A stretch of 64,000 nucleotides of DNA, from positions 9,176,001 to 9,240,000 of the forward strand of contig OZ004608.1 of NCBI GenBank assembly GCA_963924565.1, written 5' to 3'. Source of the DNA: Ascidiella aspersa (Eukaryota). Numbering within the stretch: the first letter of the stretch is position 1; the number at the start of each line of letters is the position of its first letter. Positions 49,701-61,700 of the stretch are shown in pieces. The notes below the pieces were generated by a model that ran no database searches, had not been told where the DNA came from, and worked only from the letters and a program-made list of their open reading frames with translations. Made by a program: the position numbers and the translations under genes.

Positions 49701-52700
49701 GCGCAGCCAAAAGACATGCCCATGACTTGACTTGCTATTGCAGTACCCACTTCGTTTTCTGGGAACCAAAGCGAAGCAAAAATAGGCGGGATGGCTTGCA
49801 TTATTTGCGCCGAAATTCCAATAGCAAGCTGCCCCACCACCATCAATGGAAAGAGCGACTTGTTGCTAAAAGACGTCACGAAACACGCGAATCCGAGAGT
49901 TACGCCGCACGCTGATATGAGCGTCAAGCAGCGCAGGCGAATAATGTTGTAAAAAGTGAGGATTGCCAGCGGCACAGTAACAGCTATAACGGGGGCGTTG
50001 TGCGCCAAAGTAAGCCAGTCCACTTCCCAGTACGAAACATCGAAGTACGCCACGTAAAAGTTGTTGATTTCGCCGAAACAGCTGAAAGCAATTCCACACA
50101 TTGCTTGCAGTAGAAACTGCGCTGTCAAAATCGCCCATCGTCGTTTATAAAGCATGCTTTTCGTCTCTTTAATTGCTAGCTGCTGAGTGCTAAAGCTGTC
50201 GCTAGCTTGCTGAAACATATTTCAAAGGACAACCAAAAATTATTTCGCTGGGCCACAAATTAGATCTGAACAACTTGCAAGCACAGACACTTTTGGTTTA
50301 GGAAAAACAAACCGCCAATTGTCAGTTTCCTGTCACGACACAGTCCCTTCCTTTTTCAGAAATGAAAAAAATAGGCTTGTCAAAGAATGGGAACGAAAGA
50401 AAACAGCAATCGGCGACCTCCAATATTAGGTAGTTTTAGGATGAACTATATATTCCATTCTGCAGAGCGCATTTAAACGTAAAAAAGTATTAGTTAAGGC
50501 TCTCTAAAAAAAGAAGCAGCTTGTAAAGAGTTCAGCGGCAGCAGACCTTACGGAATGTTAAACTAAGAAAGAGTTCTGTAAAATAAACAAAATAGTTTTA
50601 TTAACTCCATTTTTTAGGCAATTTTTATCAACCATTTTTTAGGCAATGCTATCCTTAAAATACGCTAGCGTAGCCACGGCGTTTGAATGTCGATCAAATG
50701 TTCGCGAGAGAACAGAATTACTTGTTCAATAGCCATTGATGAATTGCCAGCTGCACTTAGATGCAGGAAAAGCGCTTATATTCAAATGCAGGCGAGTTTT
50801 ATTTCGCACCGCACCGGTTCTCAGTGTACATCAGTGTTTTTTTTCGCACCGGTTCTTAGTGTACATCAGTGGTTCCCAAACTTTTTTGGCTCGCGGCACT
50901 CCAAAAAACTTAACTATTTCTCGGCACACTCTTAACAGAACAACAATATGTTATTTTACAATCGCCCTTAACACACGACGAACTATATGTAAATACCTCA
51001 AAAATATAAATTTGTATTGAATAGTGCGTATTCAAGTCTAAAATGCTTGCATGTATGCCCATTGCCCATTGGTAATATAAATATCCTCTTTTCTGCAATT
51101 ACAAAAAGTTTCTGGGCACCGGGACAATCTCTCGGCACAGTTTGGGAATTACTGATGTACAATACATGCTTATAGATGGCATATAAGGTGGACGGAGTTT
51201 ATAGAAAACAGTTTGTTTTCCTTCCTTGTGAATAATGCTGTTAAAAGTAATTTATTTTTAAGATTAATGACGAGTGACATTTCGTTTTCGAAACATACTG
51301 TAAATACAACAAGGTTACGAATAACAATACGAATAACACGCTAACACTATTGCATCAAATCATAATGGCAGCGTTGGACTACTGAACTGCTGGTACGTAC
51401 CTAATGACAAACGGCATTATTTCGTACACTCAAAGCTTGTGCCCTTTTTTAATACAGCATTTCAGCCTTTTGAAAGATCTGCCTTGTATATTTCTGCAAA
51501 CAACAAGTAACATGCCAAACATTTAGTTCCCTACTTGAGCGTTGAAAGAGGCGTCTTAATTAATGGTTGAGGTTAGGGTAAATCTATTCATAATTAAATG
51601 GTTTAAACCAACTTAGGGGCATTTAAAAAGCGGCAACAGCGTGATGTTTCTCTTGGCTGCCATCGCTTAAACCTGACTGCCTCTTCTAACAAACAATCGC
51701 CAACCTAGCTGTTAGTAAGAAGCGATTACTGCTAATCTAGTATAGAAATGTATTTCGCCACACTGTCCTGTGCTTCAGCTCACCTTTTACTCTACTCGTT
51801 TGTTTTGACTCTTTACTTATGCCTTTTCACTAATCAGCACTATAGCTGTTCTACGCTCCGCTTTTCCTTTAATATTTGCCTGTCGCAATAACCGATTCGA
51901 AGGAACCTCGGTAGGTTTTGGCGGTTTTAACAGCAAGCATTTCTGTACTTTTTACGTTGTGCCGACGCCGGGCCAGAGTCGGGCTCTTAAGCAGTCAATC
52001 TAACATTTGGCTTTTCAAATGGTGACCACGCCAGGACCTGCTATCGGCAGTATAGTTATCGCGTCAACTAAACCAGTATTTTTTAACCGTTTTGTGGCGA
52101 CTCATAGTTACAACAGCGAAGCTTTTCGATGACCCAAATATCTAAACTAAACGTTTGGTAAACATATAGCGATCAAATAAGACAGTAGCGTTAGTGGTGC
52201 AAATTTATCCTTGGCATTGCTTCTGCAACTTCCCTAAGTTTTGGGGAGAAAACTATTTGAACTACCGCAGTCGGCAACCCAACCAAATCAAACCGCATCC
52301 CAATTTTGCCACCAACTTATAGTGAGGTGGAGCTACACTGAACTAAACTGAACTGAACTGTTGTACCACACACATGCAAAGCAAAGATCTGCAAAATTTA
52401 CTAATTTCACATTGCCTACTTCCTAATAAACCCTAGAGGCAAAGTTGCCAAAAACAGCTGGCTGCTATTCAGGGGCTACTATCAAATGGCCTCTCTGTAA
52501 AGCCGAAATCAAAAACGACACTTCAAAGCAACAGGAGCAGGTTGCAGTAAAGCAAATTTTTTTCTTTAATTGGAGCAAACACAACGAGTAAAGAAAAGAA
52601 AAAAAAAACTGTACAACAGAAATCAAGCACTTAAATTTAAGTAAATAATTTATTTGGCGCGGCATTCTAAATACCTTAAAAAACAGTGATTTCGCAACTG

Positions 52701-55700
52701 TTTGTCGCTACTGGTCATCGTTGTTTACGTAATACCTATATGTTGGATCGTTTTACTAATAATTTCTGGCCCTAATTAAAAAGAACAAACTATGCAATCT
52801 ATCAGGTTTTGACTTCATTTGTTTGTCCGAAACTTTTGATGTCTGTTTTCATAACATAGTTTAACATAGTTCAATTTTGCGCGCCATGCGGTTTCTAGTG
52901 CAGCGTTTTTTACGCAAACAGCCTTTTCAATTGACATCATTTGATAAGTTATAGCTCGATAGTTAACGGACGAGTTAGATTTATTGTGAAATCAGGGGCG
53001 GATATAGTTTGACATGTAACCATGCTCCTTGTTTACGAGTTTGGCCGGAACATGACTTCTATAATGGTAATTTGTTTTGCAACATCATTTTATGGCGTAA
53101 CTTTGTGAAAAAATGATGTACCTCCCACACTAAAAAAAATTTTTTCGAGGGCTTTTATGGTTGAGTTTGGGGTATGTTCATCAGCGTTAAAACTTGACAA
53201 AAATATAAGTTCCGGACACAAACCGCGCTCTTTTTCACAGGTCACGGGCCAGGACATGTGGGTTGTGTCGGATTCCACTCCTCCTTCGTACTTTGGCGGA
53301 GAGCTAAATGGAATCCTGAACGGCACCGAGTCCTCCAAGCTTCCAGGATGGGAGGAGGCAGCAGACTCCGTACCCAGAGAAGAGAGAAAGTCCGCTCCGA
53401 GGTAAGACTCGAGCTCTATTGCCAAGAGATACTGTAAGAGCTTTTTGTTTAGGGTTAAATAAAAATCGCTAGGTTATGCCAGCATTATGAAACTAACTAG
53501 GTTTTACCAGCAATATGAATTAAACATAATTATATCTTTTTTTGGCAACTTTTCATTCTCATTTCTGTTCTTAGTCATTTAACACTGGATTTAGCGAATT
53601 AGGCCGACCCATTCCACTTTTCTAGGCCCGTGGTGTGCCGAGTTGTGCGTAGTTTTCCTTTCTAGATTGCAAAAAGGATTAAAGTTTGTTCTATTTCATC
53701 TGTTTTATTATTTTTCTAATTTTAGGTTCGAAAGGCAGTTGGGGGCTCCCCCGCAGTTCGGACCGACGTCACAGTGGTACAGCTTTGCTGGTAAACATCC
53801 CTCAAAACAGCAGCCAATTCTCACTTCGTTTACTGGTGAGTTGGGTACTTTTCGTACTCCCTCTACTGGTGAGTAGGGAAACTTCTTACTACTTTACTTT
53901 CCATTTAGGAAATGTTTCTTGTTATAAAGCAAGAGTTAATTTAAAGTAATTGGTCATTCTACGTATATCTCGGCGAGATATCATCCTTTAAATGACATTG
54001 TTTTTGTATTTATTCAATGAGTTTGCAGCAGTTCCAACTACTTTAAAGCTGAAAAAAACTTTTAAAGTTAGGAGCTATAGAATGTATTAGCTAGGGGGAA
54101 ATATTTAGTTAGTGGTAAACAGTATTGCCCAAATAGGAATCAGAAGCTGTTGAGAAGATTTAGGAATTCATAATTTTGTTTTATTTGCTGCTTCTAGCAG
54201 AATTAGCATGACTCTTTTTGCAGGTGTTATGTAAAACTTAATGGCAAATGTAATTAGACTTGAGACATTTCTTTTATCAGCATAGAAGAGTGGTTCTTGC
54301 GTGGACCACCGTAGGCAAAAAAAATTAAAAAATGACGTTATAAATTTACGTCACAATACAAATAGACTTCATAAATCTGCTGATTTCGGTCCATAATTGT
54401 GAGAGTGACATGGAGTATTAATACAGTCAGTGCAAAACCGTTCTATTTTTAATTAAACTGTTTTCTTCGATAAATTGATTTAGTTCTTAAATATACACTA
54501 ATATTTCAATTAGGGTTCATGGACCCCCTAAAACTATTTTACAGACCACCAAGAGGGTCCATGGACCCCAGTTTAAGAACCCCTGGCATAGAGCAAATAG
54601 CCAACATAGTGAAAAAAATCGTACCTTTTTTTAAAAAGTCGCATTCATTTATCCTTCAAGACGAGCAGCTGGACGATTACTACAACATCGAATCGAGGGT
54701 GAGCGAAACTCTCATCAACCAACTTCAGTCCAACACGGGCATACGAATCGGTGTGAACGGATGCGTGGTTTCCGATTCTATGAAGGTAAGGATTTTTCGC
54801 TTTTTTCGCAAAATGTTCGAAACAATTAGTTCTTTTCGTTTTCGTTCAACTTAAGCGTGTTAATAAAACGTGAGCGTCTTTGGTCTTAAATGTCGATTGG
54901 AAAAAAGCCTTAAGCCCATAACTTTTTAAAGATGGTGTTTTAAAACAATTATACTTATGAAACCCTTGTTATTTCGGCCGAAGTCATGCCTAATTATGAA
55001 AATGAAATCGCGTTTAAACACATTAAAAAATCGCCTAAGCCTTTTCAAATATTCACTTTGTTTAATTATTCCTGTTGTTTAAATTATACACTAAGATACA
55101 ACCTTTATGGAACGCTCCAAACTACGGGGCCACGAACCCTATGGTTTAAGAACCTCAGATTTGGAGCTTTACAGAAACGTACAGTTTGGGGCGAATGCAA
55201 ATTTCGACAACATTTTCCAGGTTTATGGCGTTTTTCCTAAATGAAAGATTATTATTTTGAAATGTCTTAGACGGAAGCAACAACACGGCAGCAAAATACC
55301 TTGGTGCTGCAAAAACACTAAACTTATAAATAGTTTATATATGGTGAATTCGGAGTCGGGAAAAATGTTTTCGGGTCCGACTTTTGGCCAAATGTGCCAG
55401 AGACCGGCTCCGACTCTACAGCCTGTATATGACGCTTTTACTAATAAAAGTGAATACCATGGAAAACACATATTAAAATAAGTCTGTGCAGGTTGTGAAG
55501 AAAGCTACACCTACCCCCGTTGAAGGGAGCGAGTTCGGTTCGGAATCCGGCAACATTGTAACTGATGCACCGAGCGAAGAAAAACCTGGGTAAGTTATCG
55601 TTATCGTTGCGTATTGTTTTATTATTTGTTTCAATGTAGAGTCCGAAGTTGTTAGGTTTCACCTCTTTAACTTCTGGTTGAACTAAAGTATCCTCGTCAG

Positions 55701-58700
55701 TGTGAAACTGCGAGGTTTCTTTATTAAAAGTTTAATATTCACTGGTAAAGTTAAAGAGTTGCCATCGAGCAACGAATATCAGTTTTTTGAGTCCTGCACA
55801 ACAATATCAGCTCATTGCTGAACTGCGTCCTAATATTTGTTATTTCACTCTCTTCTGTAATGTATGATTTCAATCCTTCCATCAATTTCAAAAGTAAAAC
55901 AAAACGCTGCTGTTGTTTAAAAACTCGCCAAAACTCGTTTTGCTATATCATAGCCTACATGGTTTCTTTAGCATTTCGTCATTCTGCTATTTTTCGTTAA
56001 ACACTGTTTCTATGTACAACATGTTAATGTCGGAGTAATACAAAGAATGAAAAAGTTACAGTAAAAAAGTAATGCCACTTTCTTGAAATCAAAACTATTG
56101 ATTGCGAAAATGCATGATTATGAGTAAAAAACCGTTGCAAAACCGAACACCGCACTTCTCTACCCTGGCAATATCTAGACTAGAGAAAAGGTATTTTTAC
56201 ATTAAACTTGATCTTTTCCAAACCTAGACCGCCTTTTTGCATCAGTATTTATTTTTATCAGTGACGACATCGAGAGCGTGACAAAAGACGTCTCGTCCCT
56301 TCACTCATCCAGCGACAAAGAGAACCGATCGATCCTGGGTGACGAAAACAACAGCAACAGCAACATTATTCCAACCCCGGAGCCCGAAGACAAAAAGTTC
56401 ACCCTCCTGCGTTACGTGGGTGTGGCCAATGGGGCCAACCCCTACCTGGGGCCCGGGGAATCCTCGGTGGCCTCGACTGGCTCCGACGACCTGAGCGCCC
56501 TGCTGGCCGGAATCGCCCAGCAGCAAAACGGAAAGCGAGACTCGTCAAGGCCGGACCCCGAACTGGCGAGCGACGAGTCGATTTGGAAGCTCCTCAAAGG
56601 TAACGCTTGCACGACGTAGAAGCACACGCGACTAAAATGCGATAAGGAGCATCATGTCTAAATTATCCACAGACAAATTTGCGAAAAAGTGGGGGAGGGT
56701 TAGTCTATGTGTTTTATTTTATTAGTTACTAAATCACGACGAATCATACAGAAGCGAGACTTTTAATCCGCTGACACCACAAAATCCATTTAAATTTAAC
56801 AGAAGTATCACATAAAAGGTGACATTGCCAACTACAAGGGCGATAAATAAACGTCTTAGGCAGGGCTTTAGACTTAAAATAACCCGATTCCGACTTCGAC
56901 CAAAAAGATAAAACTGGTGCGACTTCCGAGCTCCTCGTCGAAATCCGGCCCAATGTGCGCTTTCGTCGAGTCCCGAGTTCAGCTTCTACAGCGTGTATAT
57001 AACGAACGTAACTCAAATTCAGCAATCCACTTTTAGGGGTGTCACATAACTCCAAGACCCATATGGTTCAAAAATATTCCAACTTTACAATTTGCAGTTT
57101 GCGGTCTTATCGTTGTCGAAATTTGATAGTGCGCATGCACACGTCGAACACTCGATTCGGGTAGTCTTATGTAGTCTTACTTGAATCTCGAGCCCGACAC
57201 CAACTCCGTTAAAACAAACCGATTTCATCGAGTCGTGAGTCCATCTATGACTACAACTCCGCAGCCCTGGTCTCCAGTGTTGACTTGACTATGTCTTTTT
57301 GGCAAAATTACTTGACTTGACTTAAGTCCTTGGAGCAAATGACTTGGCTTGACTTTGTGACCTGGCTTGAGATTAAGTGTTTTCATTAAACATTTTTTTC
57401 GTAAAATTTGGTTAGTTATCCCAATTTTTGCACATGAAACAATTTGCTTGCCCCCCATTGCCATTGTGTTTTTTTAGTTAAGTTATTGCTCATATTCGGA
57501 CGAGTTTACCCATTTAAATAGCTTAATGTGCGATTTTTATGATAAGGATTTGACTTGAAATTGACTTGCCTTCATAACGACTTGACTGGGACTTGACTTA
57601 TTATTTATTCAAAAAGACTTGACTTAGACGTGAGTTATTTTACACCTGACTTGACTTAGACTTAAGTTATTTTACAAAAGACTTGACTGCGATTTAAGTC
57701 AATTCAAAATGACTTGTTTATAACACTGTTGGTCTCTGTTCGTCCTAGGGGCGTCGCCTTGCTTTTGGATCTCCAAGGAGAAGTGGCGAAGGATGCGCGA
57801 GAAATTGATGCGCAGGCGATCCCGGAGGCTGGAGCAGTTGGCGGAGGAGAACGCAGGATCCAATCCGCTCTCCTGGGAGGAACAGCTGAAGCAGAGCGAC
57901 GCGAGAATCGTCGAGACCAAGACGAAAGAGGATTCCAGCAACGGAAGGGTGAGTCTTATCAAACGGTTGTAGATGATTGTCAACGGGTCTTATATGTAGG
58001 CCTATGTTGTACATTTTCATAGGCTTTGGCGCAAATGATTTTTTGAATTGATGTATATCAGTTTAAAAAAATGCATTTTGTTGCAAACATAGAAGTACAA
58101 AACTGACACACCATGTCGGGATACAGCAGATGATTACGATCACTTGTGTATATTTAGTTACATGCTATGCATATTATTTAACAGGTCATTGCTAAAGAAC
58201 GTTTAAATCTCACTAACAGGCTGATGTATTTTTGTGGACCTTGTTCGAAAGGCATTGAAGTTTACTCCTTCGTTCAACATTAAATTTTTCTGTATTTTTG
58301 ATGACAAACTGTGACGTTTTAAATGGCTGTTAAATCAAATTGTGAAATTACACTTCTCACTGTTGGTTTACTGTTTGCCCATGTACTTTTTTTATTAGCA
58401 ACTGCTTGTAATTTTTAATCTTAACTTCCCATACCTTCGGCAAATCATTCGAGTTTTCTAACCGCCGCCCCTTTTATATAGCCCCCCTTAAATTTTTAAG
58501 AAAACCATAACTTATTTTTTAGGAACTATAACTTTTTTGTATAGGGTCCTAATGGTTCTCTGCCTGTCGTCTTCCACAAACTCCTCTCGTACGACCAGCT
58601 TCCCAAGAGCTTCGTGCACCTGACAAACGCCGGTTACCGACCACACTCTGTCGTTTCTCGAGTTGACAAAGACCTGGATTTTACGACGCCCACCAAAGGA

Positions 58701-61700
58701 TTCGAATCAGGCATATCCGCTCAACCGAGATCCGCAAGGTAAAACTGATATGTTTTTTGCGTAAATTTGTAAATAACCCGACAGAGGCTCTCATGGGTGT
58801 GTTTTGAATTATTATCAAAAATATATTATGAAATTTACTCATATTGGTGAGTATTGTGATGTATAAGGCACACACTTTCAATAATGTTTATGTTTATAAT
58901 TGTTTTACATAGTGTCGCTATTTTTAATTTCTTTTCAGGCGCTAAAATATTGTTTGGCATAATTAACAGCTTGGAGGACATATTTGGCGTTTAAACTGTC
59001 ACATAAAAATAGGATTTCTAGCGACACTCGAGAAGGGACACTCGAGATTTTCGGCAATTATTTTATTAAAAAGTTAAATACATCCAAAAAGGCAGTAATT
59101 GACCGTACGATGTTCACCTCGGAGATTATTATAATACTTGGCGCTGGTAACAAATTTAAAACAATCGCAGCATCCCCGAAACGAAATAAGCTCTCCATGC
59201 TAAAACACGCTAGGTTTATGTGGTTATCTTAGCTAAAAATGCCCAATTAAAAAAATATCTGATCGCCACATTATGGCATCGTTTACGTTGTTTTTTGATA
59301 TGCAGATCTCGCCCGACGACCATCAACGGTTTATCAGGAGCAGAAAGCCCATTCCCGGTCCGTCCCTTCACGTCACAATCACACAGGAAGCGAGATTCAT
59401 CGCTGACCTCCGCTGCCCTGGACATCGGTCAACTGCTGATGGTGTCGCAAGATTCCCTGCCTAACAACACGACGGCCGAAGAAGCGTCGCACTTTCAAGG
59501 TTCTTGCGGTCCAGACAAAGATTAATTTATGAGTTAGGGCAATTGGGATTTGGGGGACCGGTCATGACGTTCCCAAAACTAATTTTTCACCGTATATTTT
59601 TATTTTAAATAAATTATATTTAGAACCAATCTACGATTTTGGCGGCTATTCGGTCAACTATAAATTAACTGCTGAGATTTTTGTTTTTCTCATATTTTCG
59701 GGCCCTTTGTTGTTGTGTTTTGTACTACAATCTGCCTATAACCTTTACTCAGTGTGGATTTCATAAGTCTACATATACTACTACAGTAAGCAGTTGATAC
59801 GGATAACCATTTAAATTTAAACCTTTACTTAGATTAATTTACTATAAATTAACTTTTCAAAAAGCACTTCGTTTCGTCGAAAATTTTGACATGCTCTGTT
59901 ACACATTACAATATGCGCTTGGTGGATTAATATTTGAAAAAAACAGCGAGAGGTAGTCCGATTTACCCACATTTTCCCTGTAAACGCCAATAAAACACTA
60001 GATCATTTAGGTGGTATCTGGAGTTTCTTTAGCATATTATATGTTCCGCAGGACTGAAGAAAATATAAAGTTTACTGAATAAAAATGTCATAAAAATAAT
60101 AGAGGGCAACAATTTTCACACCACATAAGCAAAGCTTTTAACTAAAACTGAATAACATTTTATAATAACTAGCAACACAGTTTACAGTTTTCCAACCATT
60201 GTTTGCAGCTGAAGAACTAAGCGAAGAAGAGTTGGCAGCCGTCCGCAAAGAAGCAACAAACAACATGAAGATGACCGGACTATCAGGACAACCTAATCTC
60301 TCCGGCAATTCCGACGAACAGGGCAAGACACAAAATGGCGGCCAAACCACGTCACCCAACCAGTCACGGTAATCTTACAAAAAAAATTTGCGTTCTTAAA
60401 GTAAACAATGTTATTGCCGTTTTACAGGTGAAATTAACCCTCTAGTTGGAAGATGTTACAGGTTGTATCTTGTATTTGCATCATAATACTTTATTAGCAT
60501 TGTTTTTGTTGTAAATTTTGCTTTTTGGGATATTAAAGTGTTAACAAAGATTTGCCAAATAACCTAATTTATATAACCGCAATATGGTTAAACTTGTTTA
60601 AGTTCTATCCCTGTTTCGAATCTGAAATTAAACCTAAAAACTGTTTCTGCCTGTGTTTGAGTCATAAAGCATTCTAACCTTTCTATTGTTATTTCTACAG
60701 CGGTCAGCCCGGTCGAGGAGTTACGCTTAACAGCTTACCAATGAAAGCTGGTGCACTCATTTCAACCGTCGACATCCGCCCATCCGTTCCCAAGTTAGTA
60801 ACCAACATTTTTTCCTTTAAAAAACATTTGGTAGCAAAGTGCAGTCTCACAACCAAGTGTCTTTGTGTTTCTGAATTTGTTGCGAATATGAATTTGATGT
60901 GAGGTTAAGGTAAAAGCAATTTTGACTTTGCACAAATATTAAGAATACATTTTAAAGCGGGGTTGCATTGGATTTTAACCAACTTTTATAGTTTTATAAC
61001 AAACCTATTAACTTTCAATAAAAATACTATTTGTCTTTAGATCGTCGGTTCCTGTTAGTTCTCTGAATTTGTCCGAGCTGGATGAGAACTACAACGTTAT
61101 CAACGGGCCTAACCCACCGAGTCCGATGTCACCTGTAAATAGTTTACTTAAATATGAACGTTCTGTATCCAAAACTGTTACCTCGAATATACTTTTAGTT
61201 TCCCAAACAATAATATTTTAGATGTTTTTCGATATAATTTGCTGCGAAGCAGGGTGTATATTTTTCATAATAAAAAAAACTATGGGATCTGTTTTTTTAC
61301 ATAATCTGTGAAGGCTGAAAAAGGGAAACATTTGCTTTAATGTACACTTAACTAAAAACACACATTGCAAAAATCATGTGGTAATTTATGGCCAATTTTA
61401 ACGACGTGCTCTTTTAGATTTGCTCTACTATAGTGAAGTAAGCTAAGATTTTTTTTTTGATGCACCTTGTTTTCCTCGATTTTAGTTGCCTTTTATTGCA
61501 CAGAATCGCACGGAGGAGATTTTTGACCTGGTCACCAACACCTCACTGGCCAACGTTCTCAAGCTGGGCATGGCGGCGCCGGTCAACACACCCAAGACGC
61601 CCAAGATCCCGGCGGGCCAGCAGAACCTAAGGCGCGTGACGTCAGTCGATGACCAATCGGCGCCAGGGCAGGGAGACTCGGATCGGGCCAGGGGAAACAC

